This document shows positions 51,843-64,000 of a stretch of 64,000 nt of DNA, in pieces. The translations under genes and the position numbers were made by a program. This stretch comes from Octopus vulgaris (Eukaryota). The notes below the pieces were generated by a model. It searched no databases. It was not told the DNA's origin and was given only the letters and a program-made list of their open reading frames with translations. The stretch spans positions 72,292,001 through 72,356,000 of the forward strand of contig OX597818.1 in the NCBI GenBank assembly GCA_951406725.2, written 5' to 3'. Position 1 is the stretch's first letter. Each line of letters begins with the position of its first letter.

Positions 51843-52765
51843 CAATTAGGGAAAATGAGAATAGTATATATTAATGAGATGACGAAGTAGAATTAGGGAG
51901 TAAAAGAACAAAGAGATGGAAAGAAAGAAAAAAAGAGAGAAGCATAAAATTTCATAGTTCAACTTCAACTTTAACGAAGTTATAGAAACCAGAGCAATCC
52001 TGTGCAGATCCATGAGCAGATCCATGCAATCCTGCGTATATCATGTTGATTAAACTCTTTTTATACTAGATATCCCCGCCAAAAAAGACGTGAACATATC
52101 AATGTTCAATAACAGAATGGTATTAAGTGGTAAAAGTAAAGAAAAGAAAAGAAAGAGAAAGAGAAGTAGATAGAACGTCGTGGGGGAAAGCTGCATAGGT
52201 GTATGTTGTCTAAGAATTGTGTACGGGGTAGCCGAGAAAATAAGAGAAAGGAAGAGGAGGTGAAGGAAGATAGAATATAAAAAATGGAGCAATGTGAAAC
52301 GAATTTAGAGAGAGGAGAAGATGCTTCGTAGTCTTAAAGTCTAAAGTTGTTGGGGAGGAAATTTAGTAGTAATTGCTTGTGTCCATTCTGGCTAAGGTTA
52401 GTGGCTGTAGAGTTATTTTTAGCAGTATAAATCCCCTAACTACAACTCCCACTCATAAATAATTTAACATTCAATTAGCTCTTGCATTCTCGACTACCGA
52501 CATACCCATCACCCCATTGCAAAACAAGGACTTACACTCATGGACCTAAGGACTTTCGCTCATGCACCTAACGCTCATTGATCTGCCAGGATTGCACCTA
52601 AATACTCATGCTCTCGTTTCTATAACTTCGGAAAGTTGAACTATGAACTTTTATGCTTATCTTTTTCTTCTTTCTTTCCATCTCCTTACTCTTTTACATC
52701 CCTCCTCTATTTCGTTATCTCATTAATATACACCATTCTCATTTTCCCTATGTTTTCCCTATTTC

Positions 52766-52819
52766 TCTCTGATGACGGAATATCCCATTCTCGGAGATAT
52801 CACAGAAACAGCTGTAAGA
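52766..52819 (+). ncRNA. Type-I HHR
   Basis: TCT | CTGATGA | ..ATATC..GATAT.. | GAAA | CAGCTG | TA | AGA. Confidence 0.75.
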
Positions 52820-52972
52820 ATTTGAATTTTTTCCTATAATGTTATTGTATACGATTGAGATGTTTACCTTGCCCTAATATTTGTCGGCCTTAAATCCTTA
52901 AAATCCTTTAAAATGATTTAGCCCGAAGGCCGCGGCCATGCTGGGCACAACAATTATATATATATATATATA

Positions 52973-53524
52973 CATGGTGGCTGCCTCCTCGTTATCGAGT
53001 ATGGCCATTGCGCGAAGCTTAATCGATGTTGTTATCGTGCAATGCCTGTGCAAGATTTTTTTTAAAGTGAGGAAAGGCTGTGCACTGAGTCAATCCCATT
53101 CACTAAGCAACAGCAGCCATAATCCGAAAAGAAGAACAAGTCAACATTATCGGTAACCACTGAGCCGCAGTTTTATGTCGGAGTTATCCCAGTTACCTGA
53201 GTTACCTTCTCCTAGAAAGATGCCCTAGCAAAGGCTAGGAATCCTTCACTCCCAATGGTTTAACCGCGCGATCGGGTATTCAGTTCGATTACTTGTATGT
53301 CCCCGTGCATGATACAGCCTTAAGACATTTATTGGATGGCCGTTGACTCTCAAAAGTTCCTCCGTTCTTTGATGAGATTTGTTTTTCATCCCGCAGAGTG
53401 TCCACTAAACACCCTCCTCACCAAGCAAGCTTGGTGGAGTTGCCGGTTTAGTCGCCGACGACCCAACCATGCAACAGGTTGTACTGGGTTACATGTTACC
53501 AGTAGCACTCAAAAGTGACCTGAC
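52973..53524 (-). mobile_element. Second copy of the 36316-36834 repeat
   Basis: Reverse-complement match over ~520 bp; flanked by microsatellites. Confidence 0.8.
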
Positions 53525-53526
53525 AT

Positions 53527-53565
<39 letters not shown>

Positions 53566-53685
53566 CATACATACATATATATATATAAATGTGGTTTTGG
53601 TCGTTTTGACTGCTTTTTCTAGCGTGTATACTTACCTGTTAAAGGTAGTTTCTCTTGTGTTTAAATGTACACTATTTTATATTGA

Positions 53686-53763
<78 letters not shown>

Positions 53764-55494
53764 ACATGAGTCACCAGGTGAAGTGAATGAATTGTAAACA
53801 TTGGTAGATGACAGTGTCGTGAATGTATTGTTGATTGTCTATTTGGTTAGATTTATTTTTCTGTCTTCTCGTGGAACACTTATAAGTCCTCTTCGACAGG
53901 AGAGTCTCTATTATACATATATGCCCTTGTATCATCCACTATATGTTTATGTCTATTATGAAGGTCCAAGTACATTATTCTCATATCTACCTAATGATTA
54001 ATTATTCATTACCATTATGTTCACTCAATAAATACATACAAATCATCTCATGTACGTAGAAGGTGTCATAAATTCTGTTTAGATGCAGCTGGCTTCAATC
54101 ACCATATTTTGCTTAACAGATGCACAATTCCTGGTGACAGAATCTCGACTAAGACTTATTGTACAAACAGACGACGAATGTGCGTGGAAATTTCCCATTT
54201 TGTATTTTACTATCTATTTTTCTGTATAAATTTGTATATTTAAAAAATATTGTTGTATTGTGATAAACAAATTTTATGATAATCATCTGAATTGTGGTTA
54301 TGGAAAAATTAGCATTTAGATAACTTATAGTATTAGTAATACATATATAAATAATATGTGTGTGTGTATGTGTCTGTGTCTGTGTATGTGTCTCTCGTTC
54401 TTGGATTTGGTTTCCAAGATTTTTTATGTGAGTTCGTGTGTTGAAGCATGTTCTGTTTTGTCTAGGGAGAGTCATTCTCTTTTAGTGCCTCATAATTTAG
54501 CACACTCACCGGTAAAAATTTCCACTCAATTCTTTTATTTTTCTAAAATTTTCGTTGCGTCTTCCAAATTTTTCAATAGTTGTTGACTCTGTCCGTTATT
54601 CACACACCCTTCTTTTTGTTTGTGCGCATTTCTGCGGCACAGTGTGTGTGTGTGTGTGCATACACATGTATATATGTATGTATGTATGTGTGTATGTATG
54701 TATGTGTGTATGTATGTATGCATGCATGTGTGTATGCATGTCTCTCTGTGTGTGTGCATATGTATATATGTATGTATGTGTATTCATCTGTATGTATGTA
54801 TTCTGCACATTCATATGTTTGTGTGTTTTTATGTATGTGTGTGTGTGTTTGCTTGTGTGTATTTGTGTTTGCATGTGTGTGCGTACGTATCGCTGTCTCC
54901 TTGTGTGGACATATCTGTGTGTGTGTGTATGTCTGTGTGTGTGTATGAGTTTTTTTGCAACTATGTACTGTGTTTGTATATTTCATATTTTTTCGTTTGA
55001 TACGGTTTGCATAGTAGGGATATGTTACATTATCCTAACTAAATCTGCTATCAGTATATTAATTTTAAAATGCTGTGTGACAAAGCTGAGTTCTTGTGAA
55101 CAACATATTTCGAGGCTATGGATTTCATGTAATAGGAGTGGAGGAGCTGCACTCTATTATTCACAGTCTCTAACCAAATTAGAGTTCCGTGGGGTCAACA
55201 GAAGGGAACTGGGCCTCCTCCTTAGACTAAGCTACGACAGTGACTATTTAGACGACCATAACCTCAGTAGATTCTGTCCTACCAGGTCACAGAGAGGAAG
55301 ACCACCCACCATCACTTCAGCCGTGAAGAAAAGCACCACAGAGCGCTGGAGTAGCTGGACCGTCCCCTCCAGACCCTGAGAACAAAAGAAATGATTGTAC
55401 ATGCAATAGGAGCCAGTGTAATAACCATCTTGAAGAACCACATAGTAAAGTTTAACAAAAAAACTATACATACTTGTATGGTTACTAAAATCCT

Positions 55495-56030
55495 TGAAGA
55501 CAAGAAACCAAGAAGCTATGTTGACCCTGTGGAGAGCCTTTGCTCTCAGCCGCCTGAACTACTGCTCCCAGCTATGGTCACCACATAGCACCAAACTAAC
55601 AGTGGAGCTTGAAGCAGACCAACGCCACTTCACTAGTAAGACTGAAACAGTGCAGCAAATGACATACAGGGAGAGACTGAAAAACATGCAACTTTAGTCC
55701 CTAGAGAGAAGGCACGACATATATAATAATCTATTTATGGAAAAGTCTAGAAGGGCTAGTACCTAATTTCGTCATTGAATGTTACACAAATGCTAGGACT
55801 GGACGACTTAGTATTGTACCATCGAAATTCAGGGACAGGTATTGCAATAGCCTAGTGTTCGAAGGCCCACAGCTCTTTCAGCGTCCTGCCTCAAAAATTA
55901 AGAAATCTTCATAAGGTGGAAGTAGATGTCTTAAGAAAAGGACTAGACATCCTCCTCTCCACAATACTGTATGAACCAACAGCTTGACATAAGGTACAGA
56001 CGTGGGCAGCGAAATAAAAACCCCTTATAT
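55495..56030 (+). mobile_element. CR1/L2-group LINE 3' fragment
   Basis: KTRNQEAMLTLW..LSRLNYCSQLWSP..LEADQRHFTSK..MTYRERLK.MQL*SLERR..IIYLWKSLEGLVPN. Confidence 0.8.
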
Positions 56031-56124
56031 TAAATGGGCCAACAGCTGGGACAAGGCTATACACAGGACTGGTGATGTGAAACACTCCAGACTGAGGAAA
56101 TCAGCAAAACTACGGCGGTGATCC

Positions 56125-56255
56125 AGGTGCAGGTATGGCTGTGTGGTAAGAAACTTACTTCGTCAGCACATGGTTCTGGGTTCAGTTCCACACCATGACA
56201 TGTCTTCTATAGCCTCGGGCCAACTAAAGCCTTGTGAGTGGATTTGGTAGATTGA
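56125..56255 (+). mobile_element. SINE family A, 5' part with internal deletion
   Basis: GGTGCAGGTATGGCTGTGTGGTAAG..GGTTCAGTTCC..GCCTTGTGAGTGGATTTGGTAG. Confidence 0.85.
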
Positions 56256-56334
56256 CAAAATTATTTTTCGAACCTGTTACCTCAATCCTTTACATATTAA
56301 TTAGTAATAATGATAATAATAATAATATATATAC

Positions 56335-56384
<50 letters not shown>

Positions 56385-56425
56385 CAATAATAAATCTCTG
56401 AGCGAGATATAAACAGTAACTGCTC

Positions 56426-56589
56426 TATAACATAAGGGGGATCAGCCATCTGAATGTGGCTAGGGACAGGGCGGGGTGGTGGGAGTATTACTGGTGACGT
56501 TGATGATCGCCTGGGGCTAAATGCATCAGTAACACCCCCACCACCCCGCCCTGTCCCTAGCCACATTCAGATGGATGAGCCCCCTTATG

Positions 56590-56594
<5 letters not shown>
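56426..56594. mobile_element. GC-rich palindromic MITE-like element
   Basis: ~68-bp inverted arms (TATAACATAAGGGGG..CCATCTGAATGTGGCTAGGGACAGGGCGGGGTGGTGGG..TTACTG and its reverse complement) around a ~33-nt loop. Confidence 0.75.
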
Positions 56595-56640
<46 letters not shown>

Positions 56641-56651
<11 letters not shown>

Positions 56652-57187
56652 GAAAGAATGGAGTCGAACGACGATTTAACAAAATTCCTTTATTCTCGAC
56701 ATATGTTTCGAAGACTGCATATTCTTAATTCCGAAGGAATAAAGGGTGCATTATGCTATAGTAGAAGACATGTCATGGTGTGGAACTGAACCCAGAACCA
56801 TGTGCTGACGAAGTAAGTTTCTTACCACACAGCCATACCTGCACCTGGATCACCGCCGTAGTTTTGCTGATTTCCTCAGTCTGAAGTGTTTCACATCACC
56901 AGTCCTGTGTGTAGCCTTGTCCCAGCTGTTGGCCCATTTATTCCTTCGGAATTGAGAATATGCAGTCTTCGAAACATATGTCGAGAATAAAGGAATTTTG
57001 TTAAATCGTCGTTCGACTCCATTCTTTCATTTATTTATAGTAAAAAACACACAAATTTCCACACGAAAGAACGTGATTTCTGCCTTTGGCATATAGCTTC
57101 AACCGTGTTTTCTGACGTGAATTTGTTATCCGGGTATCGGTTAACCGAATTATCCATACTAGGATAATTCATTCAACTACTTAAAAA

Positions 57188-57190
<3 letters not shown>
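56641..57190. mobile_element. PLE tail insertion with inverted pLTR halves enclosing captured flanking DNA
   Basis: 56641-56742 is the reverse complement of 56938-57039 (includes the HHR 3' half GAAA CATATG TC). The middle 56755-56940 is the reverse complement of 56031-56213. Both ends lie in (TA)n. Confidence 0.8.
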
Positions 57191-57241
<51 letters not shown>

Positions 57242-57270
57242 TATATATATACATACACACACACACACAT

Positions 57271-57302
<32 letters not shown>

Positions 57303-57406
57303 GTATATATGACTCATAATAACTTTTAACTTCCTAAACAATACATTGCTGCTCTAATACTTTAGAGTGTGTTTCTTTTTTGGGCATATGAATTACCGAC
57401 TATATA

Positions 57407-59651
57407 CCGTATATTTCCGTGTATAAGATGACCTTTGGATAAGACGAGATTCAAGTTTGTAAACAAATTCATGAATTTATTTCATATCTGTTGCATAACA
57501 CAACTGTTAAATTGCAAAACCATCTGTGTACAAGATTACTTTTGCAACAAGGGGTATCCTTAGAAATATTGGTCATGTAAAAGGATGTTATAGCAAATGT
57601 TTTTTTTTTTTGCTTACTATATCATTAGAAATTAAAATAAACGAAATAACAAATCCGTTTCTATATCATGTTTTTTCCTTTCACACACACGCCGCCTAAA
57701 AAGAACCTGATGCTTCTTCTTTATCAAAACGTTATCGCTATCATGACATCCGCTAACAACAATACTTTAATAGTGGTTCATATGACTGAAATGTTCTAAA
57801 CAGTTACAGTCAGCTTGGTGTATTAATAACCATTTACCCATACTTCATATAGATCCGCAAACAGTCTAGTCAAGTGAAATTTATAATTATTTTATACCCA
57901 TACCAATATGCACCCACCGGTAAAAATAAGAAAATTGAAAGTTATAGCAGTAGCCAAGAGTTCGAACAATTGTGTTGCTGCCAGAACATTCGATGTTATC
58001 GAGAAGATGGTACGAGAGTGGAGAAAAAAATGAGCAAAAATTAAGACAAGTACACAAACAAAAATGTGCAATGAGAAGGGGAAGCGCTCGTTGGCTGAAT
58101 TTGGAAAATGATAATGGGTACTCCAGCAGAGACATCGTAACATGAAATAGAACAAGATCGTATACCCTAAAATGGGCTAAATTACATAAAGAAGGCAGTA
58201 AAGATTTTAAAGTAACAGTAGGCTGGTGCAATCCTTTTATGAACAGAAAAAATCTGATAATAAGGGAGAAAATAAAAATCACTCCAAAACTCCCAAGAGG
58301 TCTCGATCACAAAGTAACCAGTTTTCACCAGTTCATCATCGAACTGAGAAAATGGTGTCAGTTTCCATTGTTTCATATTGGAAATATAGATGAAACTCCA
58401 TTAAACTTTGATATCCTGGGTAACAAATCGGTAAATTTGAAAGGACTAAAAACAGTGCATGTTAAAAGCACAGGATATGAGAAAACGAGGTTTATGGTGG
58501 TATTATCCTGCATGGCTGACGGTACAAAATTAAAACTCATGGTTATTTTTAAACGTAAAACAAAACCCAAAATAGATTTTCCTCCTGGTGATTTTTTCAG
58601 GTGGCATACGAAACGAACGCAGGTTATCGGTTTGGGATATGTTTTGTAGCCACGTAACGGCAAATACTAAAACCCGATTATCCAAAACCAATACTGATAT
58701 TGCAGTCATTCCTGGTGGTTTGACTTATACTGCAGCCACTTGATGTCAGTTCAAGGAAACCAGTTAAAGATAATGTGAGAGAGCAATGGAATGACTGGAT
58801 GATAAATGGAGTGCCTCAGTTGATGTTCTCTGTGATTTTGTTATAAAGGCATGGGACAAAGTAGAAAATGTGGTAAAACCATTTAAAAATGCGGTATCTC
58901 TAATGCCATGGATGGTATCGAAGATGATATTCTGTACAATAGCGACGACGAAGTTGAAATATATTCACCAGGACCAGACTGGAATCCTTACGATGATGCC
59001 ATATGTGATGAATTTTGTGATATGTATAAGAAACTTTTAGATGTGATGATTGTGAGGAATTTGATGGGTTTTAAATAAATACATGTGGCAGGTTTGATGT
59101 TTTATTAATATCATTTATCTTGATAGGAAATTAAAAAATTATGATGTCTTATGTTTTAATTGCAACTACTGTAAAATAATTTTACTGGAAAATTGTTATT
59201 TACCACAAATGATAATAGATATTTTATGAAAAATATATGTTATTCTAAATGTTATTATTACAGTTATACATCACGACTAAAATTTTTGGAAAGTTAGCGA
59301 AAGACAAAGGTTACTGTGAGCGCAACCGTAACTCGATGTTTACATTCTCTTTGACGAGCTCGCATAGATAAAAGATGATTTCAATGATATAGAATTATCA
59401 CTCAAATAGGCTATTTATTTTGAAGATATGCCAATAATATATGAAGTAAAATGTTTTTATTACCTATATCATAATTTTCCTTATTTTGTTAATCTGTTCA
59501 CGTATGTCTGTGGGTATCGCACAGAGGTCGAGGTTAGCTTATTTATAAAATCACTTAAAATTCAAAGTTCTTAGAATGATGGTATAAGACGAACCCTAAT
59601 CTTTAGTGTAAATTTTTAGATTTAAAGGTCGTCTTATACGCGAATGTATAC

Positions 59652-59653
<2 letters not shown>
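57407..59653 (+). mobile_element. pogo-superfamily (Tc2/Passer-like) DNA transposon
   Basis: TA TSD at 57405-06 and 59654-55. Imperfect TIRs CCGTATATTTCCGTGTATAAGATGACCT / AGGTCGTCTTATACGCGAATGTATACGG. Confidence 0.88.
57905..59075 (+). pseudogene. pogo-type transposase (Brinker-like HTH, CENP-B HTH, DDE_1), degenerate
   Basis: KLKVIAVAKSSNNCVAARTFDVIEKMVREWRK; RWLNLE..WVLQQR; FKVTVGWCNPFMNR; IGNIDETPLNFD; STGYEKTRFMVVLSCMADGTKL..IFKRKT; AVIPGGLT/LQPLDVS; acidic tail. Confidence 0.85.
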
Positions 59654-59703
<50 letters not shown>

Positions 59704-60706
59704 ATGTTCTCTCTCCTTCTATCCTATCCCCTTTCCTTCTATCTACCTTTCACACGTAACCCGTGACCAATTTTCCCAATTTTCGCTCTTCTCTTGCTAT
59801 TCCACTTTCTATATCCACTCAACATTTCTTTCAGGCATTACCCATTACTTTCGTCCTTTTGACTGAAAGGCCATATTTTTCTCGTCCACCTATTTATTCC
59901 ATCTTTGTCAATCGACTTAAATTACATTCGTTTAATTTCTACGTCCTCTTTGTATTTTTTTTGTTCACTGGATGTCCTAATCCTCCGCAAATTTTGAAGG
60001 TGCCGCCGATATGCGAGGTTCTCAGTATTAGCATTAAAGGCATGAAACTGAGTATTAATATTCGGTTGATCACTGATGAACAATGAGGGCTTTCTGTGTC
60101 TGTCCTACGGGTAAGGTTTTTAGCTTTCGTTTAATGTATTTTTTATATATCACTCTTCCCATTTTAATGACGGTCGTACTTAACAATTGTTTAAACAGCC
60201 CAATCCCCAAATATGCTCACTTGTGAAATACACGTTTTGATTCACTCTCTGTGTCTACATCTGATAAACCCAAATATAACTTTACACACCATTGTAATGC
60301 ACACTACAACTTTGCATTATCAGATGGTGCCGGGCAGCTGTATACAGCACAGAGAGGTATACAGCACGAGTCACTACATGGACGGACAAATACTTATTTG
60401 TCATAGACTTAGTGATGTTAGATTGCATTGTCAACTCTAACCTTAACCAAAATGAAACTCTATAAAACTGTGGAATGCCCAATTCATTTTTGCACTACTG
60501 CTGTAATGTAAACTGACAACATAACTAGACCCTCTAAATATTCACTACTTTCTGACCCATGCACCGTCCGCTATTATTGCTAGTATATATATACCAGAGT
60601 AAGCACATAAATGCGAAAAGAGGTGGAAAAATAGTACTCGAATAGCGGAGGTAGAGTAATATGCTTTATTAATAAAGCTGCAAGGACATCGCATTTTAAA
60701 CCCAAA

Positions 60707-60744
60707 CTGTCCGACGAACAGGAACGTAAAACTCTGAGTAACAG
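60707..60744 (+). ncRNA. Decayed minimal HHR inside a small inverted pLTR structure (60590-60780)
   Basis: CTGT | CCGACGA | AC-aggaac-GT | AAAA | CTCTGAG | TA | ACAG, enclosed by inverted ~30-bp arms at 60664-60693 and 60749-60778. Confidence 0.55.
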
Positions 60745-60803
60745 CTTTTGTGATGTCTTTGCAGCTTTATTAATAAAGTATATACATATACATCCATACA
60801 TCC

Positions 60804-60847
<44 letters not shown>

Positions 60848-60877
60848 GTATATATGTATATATATATATATATATAT

Positions 60878-60963
<86 letters not shown>

Positions 60964-60966
<3 letters not shown>

Positions 60967-61455
60967 TGACGCAATGGCCCACTGGTTAGGGCAGCGGACC
61001 CGCGGTCGTAGGATCGCGGTTTCGATTCCTAGACACCTAAACACCTAAAGCTTCTTGAGGCTCCGGCAGGGGTGGTGAACCCTGCTGTACACTTTCAACA
61101 CAACTTTCTCTCGCCCTTTCTTCCTGTTTCTTTTGTGCCTGTATTTCAAAGGGAACGTAAATACCTTGTCACAGTCTGTGTCACGCTGAATCTCCCCGAG
61201 AACTACATTGACGATACACGTGTCTGTGGAATGCTCGGCCACTTGCACGTTAATAAATAAGCTGCGACGTCACTGGTGCCAAACTGTACCGGCCCTTGCC
61301 TTTCCCTTGGATAACATCGGTGGCATGGAGATGGGAGGCCGGCATGCATGGGCGACTGCTGGTCTTCCATAAAGAACCTTGCTCAGACTTGTGCCTGAGA
61401 GGGTAACTTTCTAGGTGCAATCCCACGGTCACTCATGACCGAAGGGGGTCACAAC
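60964..61455 (+). mobile_element. tRNA-derived SINE family B with an alternative 3' tail
   Basis: Head and body match 35706-36015 up to CACTT(A/G)CACGTTAAT; the remaining ~200 bp differ and end in (CAA)n. Confidence 0.8.
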
Positions 61456-61458
61456 AAC

Positions 61459-61557
<99 letters not shown>

Positions 61558-62010
61558 TATAAAAAAAAAAAAACTGCGGATCTATTTTCTGCAGTACTGT
61601 CTCGTGACGCGCATGGTAAAAAATTGGGGGGAAATATGAATTTCACTCGTCTATATAAATTCGGATATGCTAACTACCTTGTGTAATGTTCTGATGGCGC
61701 TTGGTCAGAAATGCAAAGGGTGTTTTCTAATTTATAATTATCGGAATATTATGTTGCTAAGGAAATGTGTTTTATAATTCTAATCCAGAAACGCGTCCAT
61801 AATTAACCGAAGACTGTTTGTATTCATTATTTTCCTTCTTTTTTGCCTGTGTCAGTTACAGAGAATGTTATCTATGGAGTCATATTTTGTAGCGAAAAGA
61901 AATAACAGTCTTTTGGCTGCTATTTCTAAATATTTCGGTATGTGGTTAAGCAACTTGTTACTAAACCATTAATTATTGTTATAAATAAATAGATATATAT
62001 ATATATATAT

Positions 62011-62200
62011 TCCTCAGGTTGACCCTCCAGTTTGTGGCCAGTGCTTGGTTCTGCGCTGCCATTATAGGGCTCTCTGTCTCTTTTTTAAGCGTTCCTTTCT
62101 TTAGCCAATTCCGCCAATTTATTGTGTGGTTCTTTCTTGCGTAAATCTTCTTCATGACCTTTTTGTACTTCTTCCTTTGTTTTTCCTTTTTTATCTATCC
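62011..62200 (-). mobile_element. R4/Dong-clade LINE internal fragment
   Basis: Minus strand: WRNWLKKGTLKKETESPIMAAQNQALATNW. Confidence 0.75.
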
Positions 62201-62232
62201 TAGATTGTTGTTGTTGTTGTTGTTGTTGTTGC

Positions 62233-62342
<110 letters not shown>

Positions 62343-63317
62343 GTAGTAGTAGTAGTAGCATTTTAGTATTCTATTCTATGTGTAAACGCTTCAATAATTA
62401 TTTAAAAGACTGATGCCAGATATGCTGTTTATAATAACTTTTGAGACAGAAACCACCATCTTGGAAACATCATTTCACTAAACAAAAACAATGAATAAGA
62501 CAGTGAAGACAGAAGAATCAAATGGGGAGGGAACGAAAGTTTATTAGACATTATGAAGAAGTGTGATAGCGAAAAATAGAATATAGAGAAAATGAAAGAC
62601 TAGCTTGTGGAATTAGAGAGATCTATCGCGTTTTGAGCAAATATTAATAAACTTCGATCAACAATTGAGTTTAAGATCAATTGATTTTTATTAAATAGCT
62701 TAAATCGATAATAATCACAATTCGAATAATTATTATCACTTTTGTTGCTAACATTAATCAAGAAACTGGTTAGGGTTGTTAGTAAATAAACACGTCTGGC
62801 AATTAATGTGAAAACATGAGAACAACAAATAATTTGACTGATTCTTCAGGTGCCAAGTGGAGAACAAATAAAGTCGAAAGTTAAAAGATTTTACTTAAAA
62901 AAAAAACAAGACAAAAACACATGTGACGCATTGTGTAAACCATAACGAAGAACTTTTATAAAGTTTGGAATGTTCTCTATGTTTGTCTCAAACATTGTAT
63001 GCATTAGATATTGTTTGAATTATTTTCTAGTCATGTTCCGAACTGGAAATTGACCATTCATCTTTATTCTTAGAATTATCGTTACAAAGAACAAACAACA
63101 ATATAGAAATGAAGTTCCATTTCTGTCTGCTAAATACACCTCCATTGAATGAGTTTTTGAGTGTGTGGCATATTCAAAAACAGCAGTAAGTGTTCCTTAG
63201 TCCTTAACCCGCTAACATATGTATTTTCTCCGAACCGAATAATGGAAGTAATCCAGCTGTAAGTGGATACCGCGGGTACCTCTTCTTCTTCTTCTTCTTC
63301 TTCTTCTTCTTCTTCTT

Positions 63318-63408
<91 letters not shown>

Positions 63409-63409
63409 T

Positions 63410-64000
63410 AACTGAAGACATGATAGAGTTAGGCAATATTTATAGTGGTTAATATGTCGGTCGTAGTATTGAAGACGCCGCACAGTATCCAAAATGGTAA
63501 TATTGTATGCTGAAGATGTTGTGTGTACTGGGGATTTGTGCTGTCTGTTAGTATTAGCTCTCTCAGATAGATAGCATTTTACGCAGTATGTATGCAGTAC
63601 CAAAGAAAGCCGAATTTTACAATACACCAAGACTGAAGTGTATTTGTAAAGTGTCAAGATGTTTCTTCATTGTTCCTGATAACAGGAACAATATTAATGT
63701 TTGATTCTCGCAGTTGGCACATCTTGGCGATCTCAATTTTCAGGTGTCCATATTTGTCGACCATTTCTCTTCCTTTCTTGACAATATGTTGATCTTCTGG
63801 AACTGCCCCATCAATTATTCGGGACTCTTCTTGCCCCTCATAAAGGGTACTATATACGGACTTTAGTGCTCTAACAAATTGTCTTTCTAGAAGTCAACAT
63901 TTCACTGGAATTTTGCCCTCCGGCTTTTGTCCATTAATTTTTCTGGTGTATGTTTCTACCAAGTGACCATTATCTCAAATCCATACTTTCTGCACAATGG
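63410..64000 (-). mobile_element. R4/Dong-clade LINE 3' end (restriction-like endonuclease), runs off the window
   Basis: LCRKYGF..W*KHTPE..RIIDGAVPEDQHIVKKGREMVDKYGHLKIEIAKM..NIVPVI..SAFFGTAYILRKMLSI* (stop at 63563-65). The 3' end abuts a (TAG)n/(TTC)n array. Confidence 0.85.

Larger units (their letters stand above)
51715..52885. mobile_element. Inverted pair of PLE pLTRs, each with an HHR
   Basis: ~51715-52020 is the diverged reverse complement of ~52570-52885. Confidence 0.75.

Noticed and set aside
60065-60100. CTGATGA as another hammerhead
   Set aside because: No helix II or GAAA..UH half could be paired downstream.

Overview
AT-rich eukaryotic DNA made almost entirely of repeats: many (TA)n, (CA)n, (GA)n, (TATG)n and trinucleotide microsatellites, with nested transposable elements and no recognisable host protein-coding exon. 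The SINE families and microsatellite load suggest a coleoid cephalopod such as Octopus (inference). Penelope-like elements (PLEs) dominate. Two Neptune-type copies lie tail to tail, one near full length, and there are two degenerate C-terminal GIY-YIG (Hydra-like) remnants and one Naiad-like RT remnant. About a dozen minimal type-I hammerhead ribozyme (HHR) motifs were found by eye. Also present are an IR/DR Tc1, a pogo/Passer-like element, a mariner fragment, a hAT MITE, two Helitrons, RTE, CR1, Tx1 and R4/Dong LINE fragments, and three tRNA-derived SINE families. Main observations: (1) the near-complete PLE has an upstream coiled-coil ORF, its RT frame lacks a usable ATG, and a correctly phased U_UUU_UUA heptamer suggests a -1 ribosomal frameshift; (2) several 350-500 nt non-coding partial-tandem elements carry a central HHR inside a long-range stem, resembling retrozymes; (3) a complete ORF1(gag)-only retroelement with a 14-bp TSD is inserted immediately beside one of these HHRs; (4) a PLE-type insertion captured an inverted copy of neighbouring genomic DNA. 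All calls come from manual reading and translation; no database searches or folding programs were run.
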